A DNA stretch of 64,000 nucleotides from Pectinatus sp. (GCA_020025135.1 JAHHSQ010000001.1:179-64178), one strand, 5' to 3'. Shown: positions 36,025-45,881, numbered from the stretch's first letter. Translations and numbers: made by a program. The notes: a model not told the origin generated them from the letters alone.

Positions 36025-36603
36025 AAGTTTATAAAATATTATCATATAATAATACTATTTTTTTACATTCTTACCTAATTTTGCAATAAAGGAACGCAAC
36101 CGGTGAACTTAGAAAGTATTATTTTAAAAAAGCTGAAATTTGGCAATGCAAAAGACAATATACCGGCTGCAATTATTTATATATCATGTGGTATTGATGA
36201 AAATTTAGCCATTCGTTTAAGTGAAGTTTTTAGGTGAAATTTAATGATAGTGTTTGGTGAGCGTGTTTTGTATAAAAGTGACAAATTATATTTACTATTC
36301 GGTTTTGTTGTGGTTAATGTAGTTTTCATCTATTTCGCCCATACTCACAAGCCATAATAAATGGGTAATATTAATATATTTTTCAAGGATAACAAATTTC
36401 ATTGTGGAAAGATGGTAAATCTGTAACCTGTATGAATAGGTTAAATTTATATCATTCCATGAAGATACAGAGGAAGATTGGTCAGAGTATCAAATGATTG
36501 TTATTATATGGTGCTTATAAAATTAGAGATAAATTTATGACAAAAGTTTGGTAAATCTTAATTAAATTAGTTAGTAGGTTTTATAAAAATATATAGAGAA
36601 AGA

Positions 36604-38121
36604 GTGATAATTTTGGCATACTATTACAAAGAAGCATCTCATACTTTTGGGGAATATTTGTTAGTTCCTGGCTATTCTTCTGACAAGTGCATTCCAGATA
36701 ATGTAAGTTTAAAGACCCCGTTGGTTCGCTTTAAAAAAGGAGAAGAACCCGCTATTTCTTTAAATATACCGATGGTTTCTGCTATCATGCAGGCGGTTTC
36801 TAACGATACCATGGCTATTGCTTTAGCTAAAGAAGGCGGTTTATCTTTTATTTATGGCTCGCAAAGTATAGAAAAGCAGGCTGAAATGGTTGCCAAGGTT
36901 AAGAATTATAAATCCGGTTTCGTAAATAGTGATTCTAATATTAAACCGACTACTACTTTAGGGGAAATTTTGGAATTAAAAGAAGCTACCGGTCACTCCA
37001 CCATGGCGGTAACAGAAGATGGTACTGATACTGGTAAATTACTCGGTATAGTTACTAGCCGTGATTATCGTATTACGAGAATGCCGATGTCCATGCAAGC
37101 CAAAGAGTTTATGACCCCATTTTCTAAATTAGTTTATGCAGATGCGGAAACAACAACGTTGTCTCAGGCTAATGACATTATTTGGGATAAAAAATTAAAT
37201 ATGTTGCCTTTGGTAGACCGCAATCAGTGTTTGCGTTATATGGTTTTCCGCAAGGATTATACCGATAATAAGGAAAATAAGAATGAGTTGATTGATAGCA
37301 AGAAGCGCTATATGGTCGGTGCTGGTATTAATACACGTGACTATGCAGAACGTGTACCGGCATTAGTGGAGGCTGGCGCAGATGTTCTTTGCATTGACTC
37401 TTCTGAAGGTTTTACAGAATGGCAACGTATTACTTTAAATTACATTCATGAGCATTTTGGCGACCGCGTCAAAGTGGGCGCTGGAAATGTTGTCGATGCT
37501 GATGGTTTTAGATTCTTGGCAGAAGCGGGAGCAGATTTTGTCAAAGTTGGTATCGGTGGAGGTTCTATCTGTATAACCAGAGAAACGAAGGGTATTGGCC
37601 GTGGCCAAGCTACTTCTATTATCGATGTTGCTAAGGCTCGTGATGAATACTATGAGGAAACTGGTATATATGTTCCGATTTGTTCAGATGGTGGTTTAGT
37701 ACACGATTACCATATGACCTTGGCCTTGGCTATGGGAGCAGATTTTATGATGCTCGGCCGTTATTTCTCTCGTTTTGATGAAAGCCCAACAAACAAAGTT
37801 CGCATTAATGGCACTTATTACAAAGAATATTGGGGTGAAGGTTCCAATAGAGCACGTAATTGGCAACGTTATGATTTAGGTGGACAGAAAAATAAATTAT
37901 CTTTTGAAGAAGGCGTTGATTCTTATGTTCCATATGCCGGCGCTTTAAAAGATAATGTTGATTTGTCCTTGAGTAAGATTCGCTCTACCATGTGCAATTG
38001 TGGTGCTTTAAATATTAAAGAATTCCAAGAAAAAGCGAAATTAACATTGGTTTCAGCAACCAGCATTGTAGAAGGCGGTTCACACGACGTAATTTTGAAA
38101 GACGCTTTCTCACACGAATAA
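36604..38121 (+). CDS. IMP dehydrogenase-family protein (with CBS pair)
   Basis: FGEYLLVPG, a CBS region, the catalytic loop [12 protein letters not shown], and GGLVHDYH...LGRYF. Looks like the ~500-aa IMPDH-related clade. Start uncertain (GTG 36604 or TTG 36613). Confidence 0.8.
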   Translation: MIILAYYYKEASHTFGEYLLVPGYSSDKCIPDNVSLKTPLVRFKKGEEPAISLNIPMVSAIMQAVSNDTMAIALAKEGGLSFIYGSQSIEKQAEMVAKVKNYKSGFVNSDSNIKPTTTLGEILELKEATGHSTMAVTEDGTDTGKLLGIVTSRDYRITRMPMSMQAKEFMTPFSKLVYADAETTTLSQANDIIWDKKLNMLPLVDRNQCLRYMVFRKDYTDNKENKNELIDSKKRYMVGAGINTRDYAERVPALVEAGADVLCIDSSEGFTEWQRITLNYIHEHFGDRVKVGAGNVVDADGFRFLAEAGADFVKVGIGGGSICITRETKGIGRGQATSIIDVAKARDEYYEETGIYVPICSDGGLVHDYHMTLALAMGADFMMLGRYFSRFDESPTNKVRINGTYYKEYWGEGSNRARNWQRYDLGGQKNKLSFEEGVDSYVPYAGALKDNVDLSLSKIRSTMCNCGALNIKEFQEKAKLTLVSATSIVEGGSHDVILKDAFSHE

Positions 38122-38128
38122 TTTTTAG

Positions 38129-38167
38129 CAATCTACCCCGGCATCATGTGGGGTAGATTGTTCTTTT
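38129..38167 (+). terminator. Rho-independent terminator after the IMPDH-like gene
   Basis: 11-bp stem caatctacccc...ggggtagattg, followed by TTCTTTT. Confidence 0.65.
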
Positions 38168-38180
38168 AAAGGAGAAAATC

Positions 38181-38867
38181 ATGAAGATAAAATTAATGAG
38201 GTATACAGCAGAGCCCGAGCGCGTGGTGGCTATGGCCGCTAGACTTTGTTATTCGCCTATAGGCGCTAGCGAATTAGAAGAGACCATGAGCGATAAGCAG
38301 GTACAAAATTTGGTGCGTAAAATTGTTGAACTAGGTCATTGGTCTACACTAGAACATGTCACCTTTACTTTTGCTGCTGAAGGGATTTCGCGTGTTTTGA
38401 CTCATCAATTAGTACGTCATCGCATCGCGTCATATTCGCAACAATCACAGCGTTATGTATCGGAACATGATTTTGAATACATTGTGCCTCCGACAATTGC
38501 TAGAAATGCACAGGCTAAGGAAAAATTTTTGGCTTTAATGGACAATGTGAGGGATACGTACAATGCTTTGACTGAAATGGGAATTCCCAAAGAAGATGCG
38601 CGTTATTCTCTGGCCAATGCTACAGAAACTAAAATAGTCATGACGTTTAATGCTCGTTCTCTCTTGAATTTCTTTTCCTTACGGTGTTGTAATAGAGCCC
38701 AATGGGAAATCAGAATGATGGCCAATTTAATGCTGAAAGAAGTAAAGAAAGTAGCGCCGTTGTTGTTTAAAAATGCAGGGCCAGATTGCGTATCGAAGGG
38801 CATTTGCTCAGAGGGAAAAATGACCTGTGGTGAATTTGAAAATATGATAAAATTGCGTGAGGAATAA
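38181..38867 (+). CDS. thyX: FAD-dependent thymidylate synthase
   Basis: ThyX motif [14 protein letters not shown] (RHR..S....S.R). Length about 228 aa. Confidence 0.9.
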   Translation: MKIKLMRYTAEPERVVAMAARLCYSPIGASELEETMSDKQVQNLVRKIVELGHWSTLEHVTFTFAAEGISRVLTHQLVRHRIASYSQQSQRYVSEHDFEYIVPPTIARNAQAKEKFLALMDNVRDTYNALTEMGIPKEDARYSLANATETKIVMTFNARSLLNFFSLRCCNRAQWEIRMMANLMLKEVKKVAPLLFKNAGPDCVSKGICSEGKMTCGEFENMIKLREE

Positions 38868-38869
38868 AT

Positions 38870-39670
38870 ATGAAAAGTCACGGTAATAATAAAAAAAAGA
38901 GAATTCCTATTTCTAATGAACAGACAGATACTGCCGATATTTTAGTTGGTCGCAATGCTGTGCGTGAAGCATTGAAAGGACGGCGCGCTATCAACAAAAT
39001 TTTGTTTGCTGATAATGCTCATGGTGGTTCTCTGCATGAAATAGTTGAGTTGGCGAAAGAAAAAAAGGTTTTGACCAGTAGAGTTCCGCAAAAAAAGATA
39101 GAACAATTATGTGGTACGGCGAAACATCAGGGGATTATAGCTTATGTTGCACCAGTAGAATATGCGGATTTCGATGTTGTACTCGACAATTTGTTGGATA
39201 AAGAAGACCCTTTGCTTGTCATTTTAGATGAATTAGAAGACCCCCATAACCTTGGCGCTATTATCCGTACAGTTGATGCCGTAGGAGCAGATGGTGTAAT
39301 AATACCGAAGCATCGTAGTTGCCCACTCTCCTCTACCGTGGCCAAAACATCGGCCGGAGCAATTGAATATGTACCTGTTATGCGGGTAAATAATTTAGCT
39401 CGCGCCATGGAAGATTTGAAAAAGAGAGGCTTCTGGATTGCTGGAACAGATGCTGAAGCTAAACAATCTTATACGGAGGGGAATTTTTCTGGGCCTATGG
39501 CCATAGTTATTGGCAGTGAAGGGAAAGGAATTACTCGCTTGGTTAAAGAAAAATGTGATTACTTACTTAGCATTCCAATGCGGGGAAAGGTAAATTCGCT
39601 TAATGCGTCTAATGCGGCAGCGATTTTGTTGTATGAGGTTTATCGGCAACGAAAAGCGATGAAAGGATAA
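38870..39670 (+). CDS. rlmB: 23S rRNA (guanosine-2'-O)-methyltransferase RlmB (YacO-type)
   Basis: TrmH-family motifs: ILDELEDPHNLGAIIRTVDAVGADGVI, VIGSEGKGI, SLNASNAAAILLYE. Confidence 0.85.
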   Translation: MKSHGNNKKKRIPISNEQTDTADILVGRNAVREALKGRRAINKILFADNAHGGSLHEIVELAKEKKVLTSRVPQKKIEQLCGTAKHQGIIAYVAPVEYADFDVVLDNLLDKEDPLLVILDELEDPHNLGAIIRTVDAVGADGVIIPKHRSCPLSSTVAKTSAGAIEYVPVMRVNNLARAMEDLKKRGFWIAGTDAEAKQSYTEGNFSGPMAIVIGSEGKGITRLVKEKCDYLLSIPMRGKVNSLNASNAAAILLYEVYRQRKAMKG

Positions 39671-39672
39671 CT

Positions 39673-40702
39673 ATGAGAAGCTTACCGCGTCCTCAATTAT
39701 TAGTAGATGGATATAATGTTATTAATTGTTGGCCGGGTCTTTTAGATAGAGATTTAGAATATTCCAGAGATAAACTCATTCACATCCTGCGGGAATATGG
39801 AGCATATGAAAATTATGATATTACGATTGTTTTTGATTGAAATTATCGTATGAGAATATACATGCGGTAATAATTCCAGTCAGTATGTTTAGAGATAAGC
39901 ATATAAAGATTGCTGATAAAGGCATCAACACTGTTTTAACTGCTGGAAACCCCTAAAGGTATTTGAACCACAACATAAACATGCAAAAAGGTTAAATGTG
40001 AAGGTGACGAAAGTAGAAAAAATCAGATACATGGCATATGGTTAAATCCTAAGTGCTTGAAATGGGTAATCAGCAACTAAGCTCTGAATAGGAGAAAGCT
40101 CAACGACTATTCCTCTTGAGGGAAGTACCTGACAAGCGATAGGTTAGGGATATGGACAGGCCTGAACAGATTAGGTTGCAGGATAAGATATAGTCTGTGC
40201 TCAATGGAAACACTGAGATGTTCCAGAGGGAACTGCATGGGTATAGCGAGCTGATGTGAACAGAATTATCGTTGTACAGAGTAGAAATGGAAATATAAAT
40301 ATCTGATACGCACTCTGTTGGTTATTTTAACGAGAAATACAGGCTTTATACACGAAATCTTGTCGTAGTACGGAATATCATGATAAACATTTTGCGATAA
40401 TTTATACCAAAGAAAAAGAAACGGCAGACAGTTATATTGAACGTTTGGCATACTATTTTTCTCATGAAGGAAAAGAAGTTTTTGTCGTCACTTCGGACGG
40501 AGCAGAACAAAATACTATTTTGGGAGCTGGCGCTTATCGCATCACAGTGAGGGAATTACAAATGGCAGTAAAAAATGCCAAAAAAAAGATGCGCAAGCAA
40601 TACATTCACAAGGTATCTGTTCCGAAGGGAAGAAATGAATTGGCGGATTATTTACAGGCTGATGTTTTGGAAAAATTGGAGGAGTTGCGTAAGAAAAAGT
40701 GA
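39673..40702 (+). CDS. yacP: NYN-domain ribonuclease YacP/Rae1, split by one group I intron
   Basis: join(39673..39837,40343..40702). The spliced sequence ...LLVDGYNVINCWP...YENYDITIVFD|ALYTKSCRSTEYHDKHFAIIYTKEKETADSYIERL...VVTSDGAEQ aligns along its length with B. subtilis YacP as I recall it (..VIVVFDAHLVKG...VIFTKENETADERIEKL..VATSDYTEQ). It follows rlmB, as in Bacillus. Confidence 0.8.
39838..40342 (+). ncRNA. Group I intron, copy E (yacP), divergent member with a retargeted guide sequence
   Basis: 5' exon ends gtttttgat|, then an immediate TGA. The guide sequence is GTCAG (39879-39883), complementary to exon ttgat with U.G at the splice site. P2 is tatgttta-GAGA-taagcata. P3 is ctgtt/aacag. 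P5a is gtatttga/tcagatac. Core motifs: actgctgg, aatcagcaac, gctcaacgactat, gatatagtctg. An ~80-nt tail follows P9.2. An in-frame TAA at 40328-40330 forces the 3' splice site to ...aaatacag| (40342). Confidence 0.8.
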
Positions 40703-40893
40703 GTAGTAGATTTAACAAATCTCACTATTTATGATTTTTATGTGTAGTGAAATAAAATTACTCATGTTATTTCTAGTAGGAGTAGATATTAATCCAAAAA
40801 TAAATTGGCGATGGGAACGGGAATTATTTTCAAGTGTAAAAAAAGTTTTTTTAAAATGAAAAGATAGTTTTGAGAGAGCCTGAAAAACCTATA

Positions 40894-40922
40894 TTTACAA
40901 TACATTTGACCTATGATATAAT
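40894..40922 (+). promoter_or_regulatory. Putative sigma-70 promoter of the rimP-nusA-infB operon
   Basis: TTTACA (40894-40899), a 17-nt spacer, then TATAAT (40917-40922). Confidence 0.35.
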
Positions 40923-40952
40923 GATAAAGTGTAAATATAGCGTTGATATATT

Positions 40953-40978
40953 AAAGAGTGGGTGCAAGCCCACTCTTT
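40953..40978 (+). promoter_or_regulatory. Leader hairpin (possible attenuator) upstream of rimP
   Basis: 10-bp stem aaagagtggg-tgcaag-cccactcttt, about 25 nt downstream of the predicted -10 element and 78 nt upstream of the rimP ATG. The U-tract is weak. Confidence 0.35.
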
Positions 40979-41055
40979 AGTGTTATTAATAAAACTTTAT
41001 TTGTTTGCATGATTGAGCAATAAATTTATTTAAAATATAAGTTTGAGGTGACAGA

Positions 41056-41502
41056 ATGGGTGGCAGAATAGAAACAGAGGTAGAGCGTATAGTGGAGGAT
41101 TTACTTCAAGATACTCCATATGAACTCGTTGATGTAGAATATGTGCGAGAAAGAGATTGGTATTTACGCATCTTTGTCGATAAAGATGGTGGAATAGATT
41201 TAGATGATTGCCAAAAAATCAGCAAGCGCTTAGATGATATTTTGGAAGAAAAAAATCTATTTAGAGATGCCTATATATTGGAAGTGTCCTCGCCAGGTTT
41301 GGGTAGACAGTTGAAAAAAGAAAAAGATTTGCTGCGCGAACAGGGTAAAGCTGTGGATATAACCCTATACAAGAGCATATCAGGTAAAAAAGAGCTTACC
41401 GGCGTACTAACTGGTTTTTCCGCAGACACGATTATGTTGGATGGACAGATGGAGATACCTCGTTCACAAATAGCAAAAATATGTTTGCACATTGATTTTT
41501 GA
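41056..41502 (+). CDS. rimP: Ribosome maturation factor RimP
   Basis: YELVDVEYVRERDWYLRIFVDKDGGIDLDDCQKISKRL...LEVSSPG is a typical RimP pattern. Located upstream of nusA. Confidence 0.9.
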   Translation: MGGRIETEVERIVEDLLQDTPYELVDVEYVRERDWYLRIFVDKDGGIDLDDCQKISKRLDDILEEKNLFRDAYILEVSSPGLGRQLKKEKDLLREQGKAVDITLYKSISGKKELTGVLTGFSADTIMLDGQMEIPRSQIAKICLHIDF

Positions 41503-41527
41503 TAGCAGGATGAAAGGAAGAAATTAA

Positions 41528-42637
41528 TTGGCTACACAGAACAAAGAATTTTTAAATGCTTTTAAGGAAGTTGGCAAAGAAAAAGGCATTTCTCCAGAAA
41601 TTCTCTTTGATGCAATAGAATCTGCTTTAATAGCTGCCTATAAAAAGAATTTTAATTCTCAAGCACAAAATGTACGTGTTTTTTTAGACCGCAATACAGG
41701 AGAATTTCATGTCTATGCCATTAAGAACGTGGTAGATGTTGTAGAAAATGACGTTTTAGAAGAAAGTCTACAAAATGCTCGTAAAATTAATCCGCATTGT
41801 GTGGTCGGAGATACCATTGAGGAAGAAATTACGCCAGCTTCTTTTGGCAGATTGGCTACTCAAACGGCAAAACAGGTAGTAGTGCAACGCATCAAAGAAG
41901 CAGAACGCAATATGGTCTATGACGAGTATATAAATCGCGTCGGCGATATTCTGACTGGTATTGTACAGCGCGTTGAAAACAAAAACATCATCATTGATTT
42001 GGGAAAAACAGAGGCTATTTTAACGCCAGCAGAACAGATTCCAACAGAAAAATACTTTGCTAATCAGCGCCTGAAGTTATACATAGTTGATGTCAAGAAA
42101 ACATCTAAGGGACCGCAAATTATCCTTTCTAGAACGCATCCAAACTTATTGAAACGTCTTTTTGAATTAGAAGTTTCTGAAATTAGCGAGGGTGTAGTCG
42201 AAATAAAATCTGTTGCTAGAGAACCAGGCATGCGTTCTAAGATTGCCGTATATGCGACTGATAGCAATATCGACCCAGTTGGCTCTTGTGTAGGTCCTAA
42301 AGGCGTACGTGTTCAGACTATTGTCAATGAATTAAACGGCGAAAAAATAGACATAGTTAAATGGAATGCTGACCCGAAAGTATACATTGCTAATGCTCTT
42401 AGTCCAGCTCAGGTCACTTCAGTTGCTATTCAAGAGGACGAAAAAATGTCTCGTGTGGTAGTACCAGATTATCATCTTTCGTTGGCGATTGGTAAGGAAG
42501 GGCAAAATGCCCGTTTAGCTGCCAAATTGACTGGGTGGAAAATTGATATTAAGAGTGAAACACAGGCGGCAGAAACAGATGATAGCGATATGCAGTTTGT
42601 TAAGGTTACTGGAGAAGAAGCTTTTTCCATTGAATAG
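41528..42637 (+). CDS. nusA: Transcription termination/antitermination factor NusA
   Basis: S1 and KH domains (GDILTGIVQRVE, VGSCVGPKGVRVQTIVNELNGEKIDIV, LAIGKEGQNARLAAKLTGWKIDI). TTG start. Confidence 0.95.
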   Translation: MATQNKEFLNAFKEVGKEKGISPEILFDAIESALIAAYKKNFNSQAQNVRVFLDRNTGEFHVYAIKNVVDVVENDVLEESLQNARKINPHCVVGDTIEEEITPASFGRLATQTAKQVVVQRIKEAERNMVYDEYINRVGDILTGIVQRVENKNIIIDLGKTEAILTPAEQIPTEKYFANQRLKLYIVDVKKTSKGPQIILSRTHPNLLKRLFELEVSEISEGVVEIKSVAREPGMRSKIAVYATDSNIDPVGSCVGPKGVRVQTIVNELNGEKIDIVKWNADPKVYIANALSPAQVTSVAIQEDEKMSRVVVPDYHLSLAIGKEGQNARLAAKLTGWKIDIKSETQAAETDDSDMQFVKVTGEEAFSIE

Positions 42638-42652
42638 AAAAGGTGTTATAAT

Positions 42653-42925
42653 ATGATAAAGAGAATGCCAGAGCGTATGTGCATTGGTTGTCAAGAGATG
42701 CACAGAAAGAAAGAACTCATTCGCATTGTGAAAAGTCCACAAGGAGAATTTTCGGTGGATACAGTTGGTAAAAAACCAGGTAGAGGGGCTTATCTTTGCA
42801 AAAAAAGAGATTGTTTAGAAAAAGCAATCAAAGAAAAAAAGCTAGAAAAAGCTTTTAAAATGAAAATAGATGAGGCCGTCTATACGGCATTGAAAAATGA
42901 GTTTGAACATGATGAAAATAAATAA
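42653..42925 (+). CDS. ylxR: YlxR/RnpM-family RNA-binding protein (DUF448)
   Basis: The motifs RMCIGCQEM..K.ELIRIV and GRGAYLC are diagnostic. Confidence 0.85.
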   Translation: MIKRMPERMCIGCQEMHRKKELIRIVKSPQGEFSVDTVGKKPGRGAYLCKKRDCLEKAIKEKKLEKAFKMKIDEAVYTALKNEFEHDENK

Positions 42926-43211
42926 TATTTTAAGTATGGCGGCTAGAGCTGGCAAAGTCGTCTCAGGAGACTTTGCCTTGCGTAAGGCGATGGAAGCGAA
43001 AGAAGCAGTGCTTTTATTGATAGCGGCAGATGTAGCTGTCAATACAGCTAAAGATTATAAAATTTTAGCTGATAGGTATAAAATTCCTTATTTTGTTTTG
43101 AGCGATACTAAGGATGCGCTAGGACAATGTATAGGAAAGGGGGAGCGAGCAGCCGTCGCTGTGTGTGATAGCGGTTTTGCTGTCGCTATTGAGAAAAAAA
43201 TGAAATTATAA
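42909..43211 (+). CDS. ylxQ: L7Ae-family RNA-binding protein YlxQ
   Basis: [36 protein letters not shown]...; positioned between ylxR and infB. Confidence 0.8.
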   Translation: MMKINNILSMAARAGKVVSGDFALRKAMEAKEAVLLLIAADVAVNTAKDYKILADRYKIPYFVLSDTKDALGQCIGKGERAAVAVCDSGFAVAIEKKMKL

Positions 43212-43231
43212 GATATAACGGGGGTGGATTG

Positions 43232-45868
43232 ATGTCCAAATACAGAATATATAAGCTGGCAGAAGAATTTAAGACCGATAGTAAGACTATTTTGGATATC
43301 TTGAAGAAACATAATATTCAAGTAAGAGATGCTCGTAACACTGTGGGAGATAAGGAAAGAGAGTTATTAGCAGGTTCTTTGAGACAGAGCACCAATTCCA
43401 AGGCACAGGTAGTAGTTACTGAAGGGCATAAGTCGGCATTAACATCTGCAAGCAAAAATGTTCCAACGACTTTGGGTAAGCACCAACTGCCCGAAAAAAA
43501 TAATCAACATAAAAATGACCGTCAGAAAAAGATGAGCAATAATTTGCATACATCCCATGTTGAAGCTGGCAGAGAAAATCATTCGCCAGAACATAAACAG
43601 TTTAATAATGGAAAAAATAGACATGGCAATTCGTCTAATATGCATGGAAAGATGATGAATAATACGGAAAAGAATAATACAAACAGAAATAAATTTGTTG
43701 GACAACAGAAAACTTCCGCTAGCTCACAACATGGCAATAATGTGACCAAACAAAAAAGCAATATTCGTGGACAGAAGCAACAAAATGTAAGAGGTCAGAA
43801 GACAAATACCCAACATGTCGGTCACAATTCTTCCAATAACAGAAACAATATGTCTGGGGCAAGAAATCACGAACAGAGAAACCATGAGCATGGCAATCAT
43901 AGAGTGGAAGCAAAGACCAATAGTTCAGGTAAGTACCGAGAAAATAGTATGAAGGATAATAAGAAGAATTTGCAGAAGAGAAATAACAATAATCATAATA
44001 GATTTGCTAATAATAAAAATACTATGAATAACGGCAATGCCAATAAGCGTTCTGGCAAGAAAAATTGGCGTGGCAATAATCGCAATAATAAAGAACAAGT
44101 TCCAGTACAAAAACAGGAAATCGTTCGTCCAAAATTAATCAAAGTGGGCGAAAGTATTTCAGTAAAAGAATTAGCGAGCAAGATGACCTATGCCGCTACT
44201 GACGTTATAAAAAAATTGATGATGCTCGGTTGTATGGCAACTATCAATCAAGAAATAGATTATGATACAGCGGCATTGGTAGCAGAAGAATTTAATATCA
44301 AGGTGGAAGAGTTACCACCAGAGGTTGATTTGACGGAAATTCCAGAATATGAAGATAAGGCAGAGGATTTAATTCCGCGTTCGCCAGTTGTTACCGTCAT
44401 GGGCCACGTCGACCATGGCAAAACTTCCTTGCTAGATGTCATCAGAAAAACTTCAGTTACATCTAGTGAAGCAGGTGGTATTACTCAACATATCGGTGCT
44501 TATCAGGTTATGTGTAATGGCAAGAAGATTACCTTTTTAGATACGCCAGGGCATGAAGCTTTTACCGCAATGCGGGCAAGAGGAGCGCAAGCTACTGATA
44601 TTGCCGTTTTGGTAGTAGCTGCTGACGATGGTGTTATGCCACAGACTTTAGAAGCAATTAACCATGCTAAATCAGCAAAAGTGCCAATCGTAGTAGCTAT
44701 CAATAAGATTGATAAACCAGGTGCCAATCCGGAGAATGTCAAACAGCAGTTGGCAAATCACGAATTAATTGCGGAAGATTGGGGCGGAGATACTATTATG
44801 GTGCCTGTTTCGGCTAAAAAGAAACAGGGTATCGGCGAGTTGTTAGAAATGATTTTGCTGGTGGCAGAAGTGCAAGAATTGAAAGCTAATCCTAATCACC
44901 AAGCCAGAGGTATTATCATTGAAGCGCGTTTAGACAAGGGACGCGGGCCAGTAGCTACTGTTTTAGTGCAAAATGGTACTTTGCATATCGGTGATTCTAT
45001 TGTTGCCGGAACTGCTTTTGGCAAGGTTAGAGCAATGATAAATGACCGTGGGGAAAAAGTGAAGAAGGCTGGTCCAGCAATGCCAGTAGAAGTGCTCGGT
45101 TTGTCTGATGTTCCAGAAGCGGGCGATGAAATGGCAGCTTTAGAAGAACATTTAGCTAAAACTATTGCGGAAAAACGCATTGAAAAACAACGTACTGAAT
45201 TGATTAACAATAAAAAGGTATCACTCGATGATTTATTCCAGCAGATTAGTGCTGGAAATATCAAAGACTTTAACATCTTGTTAAAAGCCGATGTGCAAGG
45301 GTCTTTGGAAGCGCTATCATCTTCATTATTGGGACTCAATAAGAGTGATGAAGTGCGTATTAACATCATTCATGCCGCAGTTGGGGCAGTAAATGAATCC
45401 GATGTCATGTTGGCTTCGGCATCGAATGCCTTGGTCATTGCCTTTAATGTGCGCCCCGATAACAATGCACGTCGTGTTGCTGATACAGAAAAAGTTGATA
45501 TTCGCACATATCGGGTCATTTATGAAGCTATTAGTGATATTGAAGCAGCAATGAAGGGTATGCTTGCTCCGAAATATAAAGAAGTTATTCAGGGCAAGGT
45601 AGAAATTAGACAGGTTATGAAATTCTCTAAAGCATTGGTCGCTGGTTCGTATGTATTGGAAGGAAAAATCACCAATACTTCTGATATTCGCATTTTGCGC
45701 GATAATATAGTTGTTTTTGAAGGTAAACTCGACTCTTTACGCAGATTTAAAGATGATGTAAAAGAAGTAGCTGCTGGCTTTGAATGTGGTATCACCATAG
45801 ATGGTTATCGTGACTTTAAGGCGGGAGACATCATAGAACCGTACATCATGGAAGAAATAAAGCAGTAA
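43232..45868 (+). CDS. infB: Translation initiation factor IF-2
   Basis: G-domain motifs ([21 protein letters not shown]) and C-terminal IF2 domains. The N-terminal region is long and Asn/His/Lys/Gln-rich. Confidence 0.95.
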   Translation: MSKYRIYKLAEEFKTDSKTILDILKKHNIQVRDARNTVGDKERELLAGSLRQSTNSKAQVVVTEGHKSALTSASKNVPTTLGKHQLPEKNNQHKNDRQKKMSNNLHTSHVEAGRENHSPEHKQFNNGKNRHGNSSNMHGKMMNNTEKNNTNRNKFVGQQKTSASSQHGNNVTKQKSNIRGQKQQNVRGQKTNTQHVGHNSSNNRNNMSGARNHEQRNHEHGNHRVEAKTNSSGKYRENSMKDNKKNLQKRNNNNHNRFANNKNTMNNGNANKRSGKKNWRGNNRNNKEQVPVQKQEIVRPKLIKVGESISVKELASKMTYAATDVIKKLMMLGCMATINQEIDYDTAALVAEEFNIKVEELPPEVDLTEIPEYEDKAEDLIPRSPVVTVMGHVDHGKTSLLDVIRKTSVTSSEAGGITQHIGAYQVMCNGKKITFLDTPGHEAFTAMRARGAQATDIAVLVVAADDGVMPQTLEAINHAKSAKVPIVVAINKIDKPGANPENVKQQLANHELIAEDWGGDTIMVPVSAKKKQGIGELLEMILLVAEVQELKANPNHQARGIIIEARLDKGRGPVATVLVQNGTLHIGDSIVAGTAFGKVRAMINDRGEKVKKAGPAMPVEVLGLSDVPEAGDEMAALEEHLAKTIAEKRIEKQRTELINNKKVSLDDLFQQISAGNIKDFNILLKADVQGSLEALSSSLLGLNKSDEVRINIIHAAVGAVNESDVMLASASNALVIAFNVRPDNNARRVADTEKVDIRTYRVIYEAISDIEAAMKGMLAPKYKEVIQGKVEIRQVMKFSKALVAGSYVLEGKITNTSDIRILRDNIVVFEGKLDSLRRFKDDVKEVAAGFECGITIDGYRDFKAGDIIEPYIMEEIKQ

Positions 45869-45881
45869 GGCGGTAAGAAAA

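Noticed and set aside
36025-36603. A purine riboswitch might be expected upstream of the IMP dehydrogenase-family gene.
   Set aside because: I could not find the conserved guanine/adenine riboswitch three-way junction motifs (the UAUA..CGCGUGGAUAUGGCACGC..CCGGGCACCGUAAAUGUCCGACUA pattern) or any comparable structure.
14518-40342. The repeated elements could be MITE/IS-type insertions that have turned the host genes into pseudogenes.
   Set aside because: - There are no terminal inverted repeats, target-site duplications or transposase genes.
- All 11 copies are in sense orientation inside CDSs, and none is intergenic.
- Every copy can be excised at U|...G| to give a gap-free conserved protein, in three different phases.
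- The group I core motifs and covarying helices are present.
14518-40342. The GTAAG near the 5' end and the (C/T)AG at the 3' end resemble spliceosomal GT-AG introns; group II introns were also considered.
   Set aside because: - The GTAAG is not at the splice site. It lies 9-76 nt inside the intron and acts as the guide strand of P1.
- There is no GUGYG 5' end, no domain V/VI and no reverse transcriptase ORF, which rules out group II.
- The genome context is bacterial.
- The resemblance to the spliceosomal consensus is coincidental.
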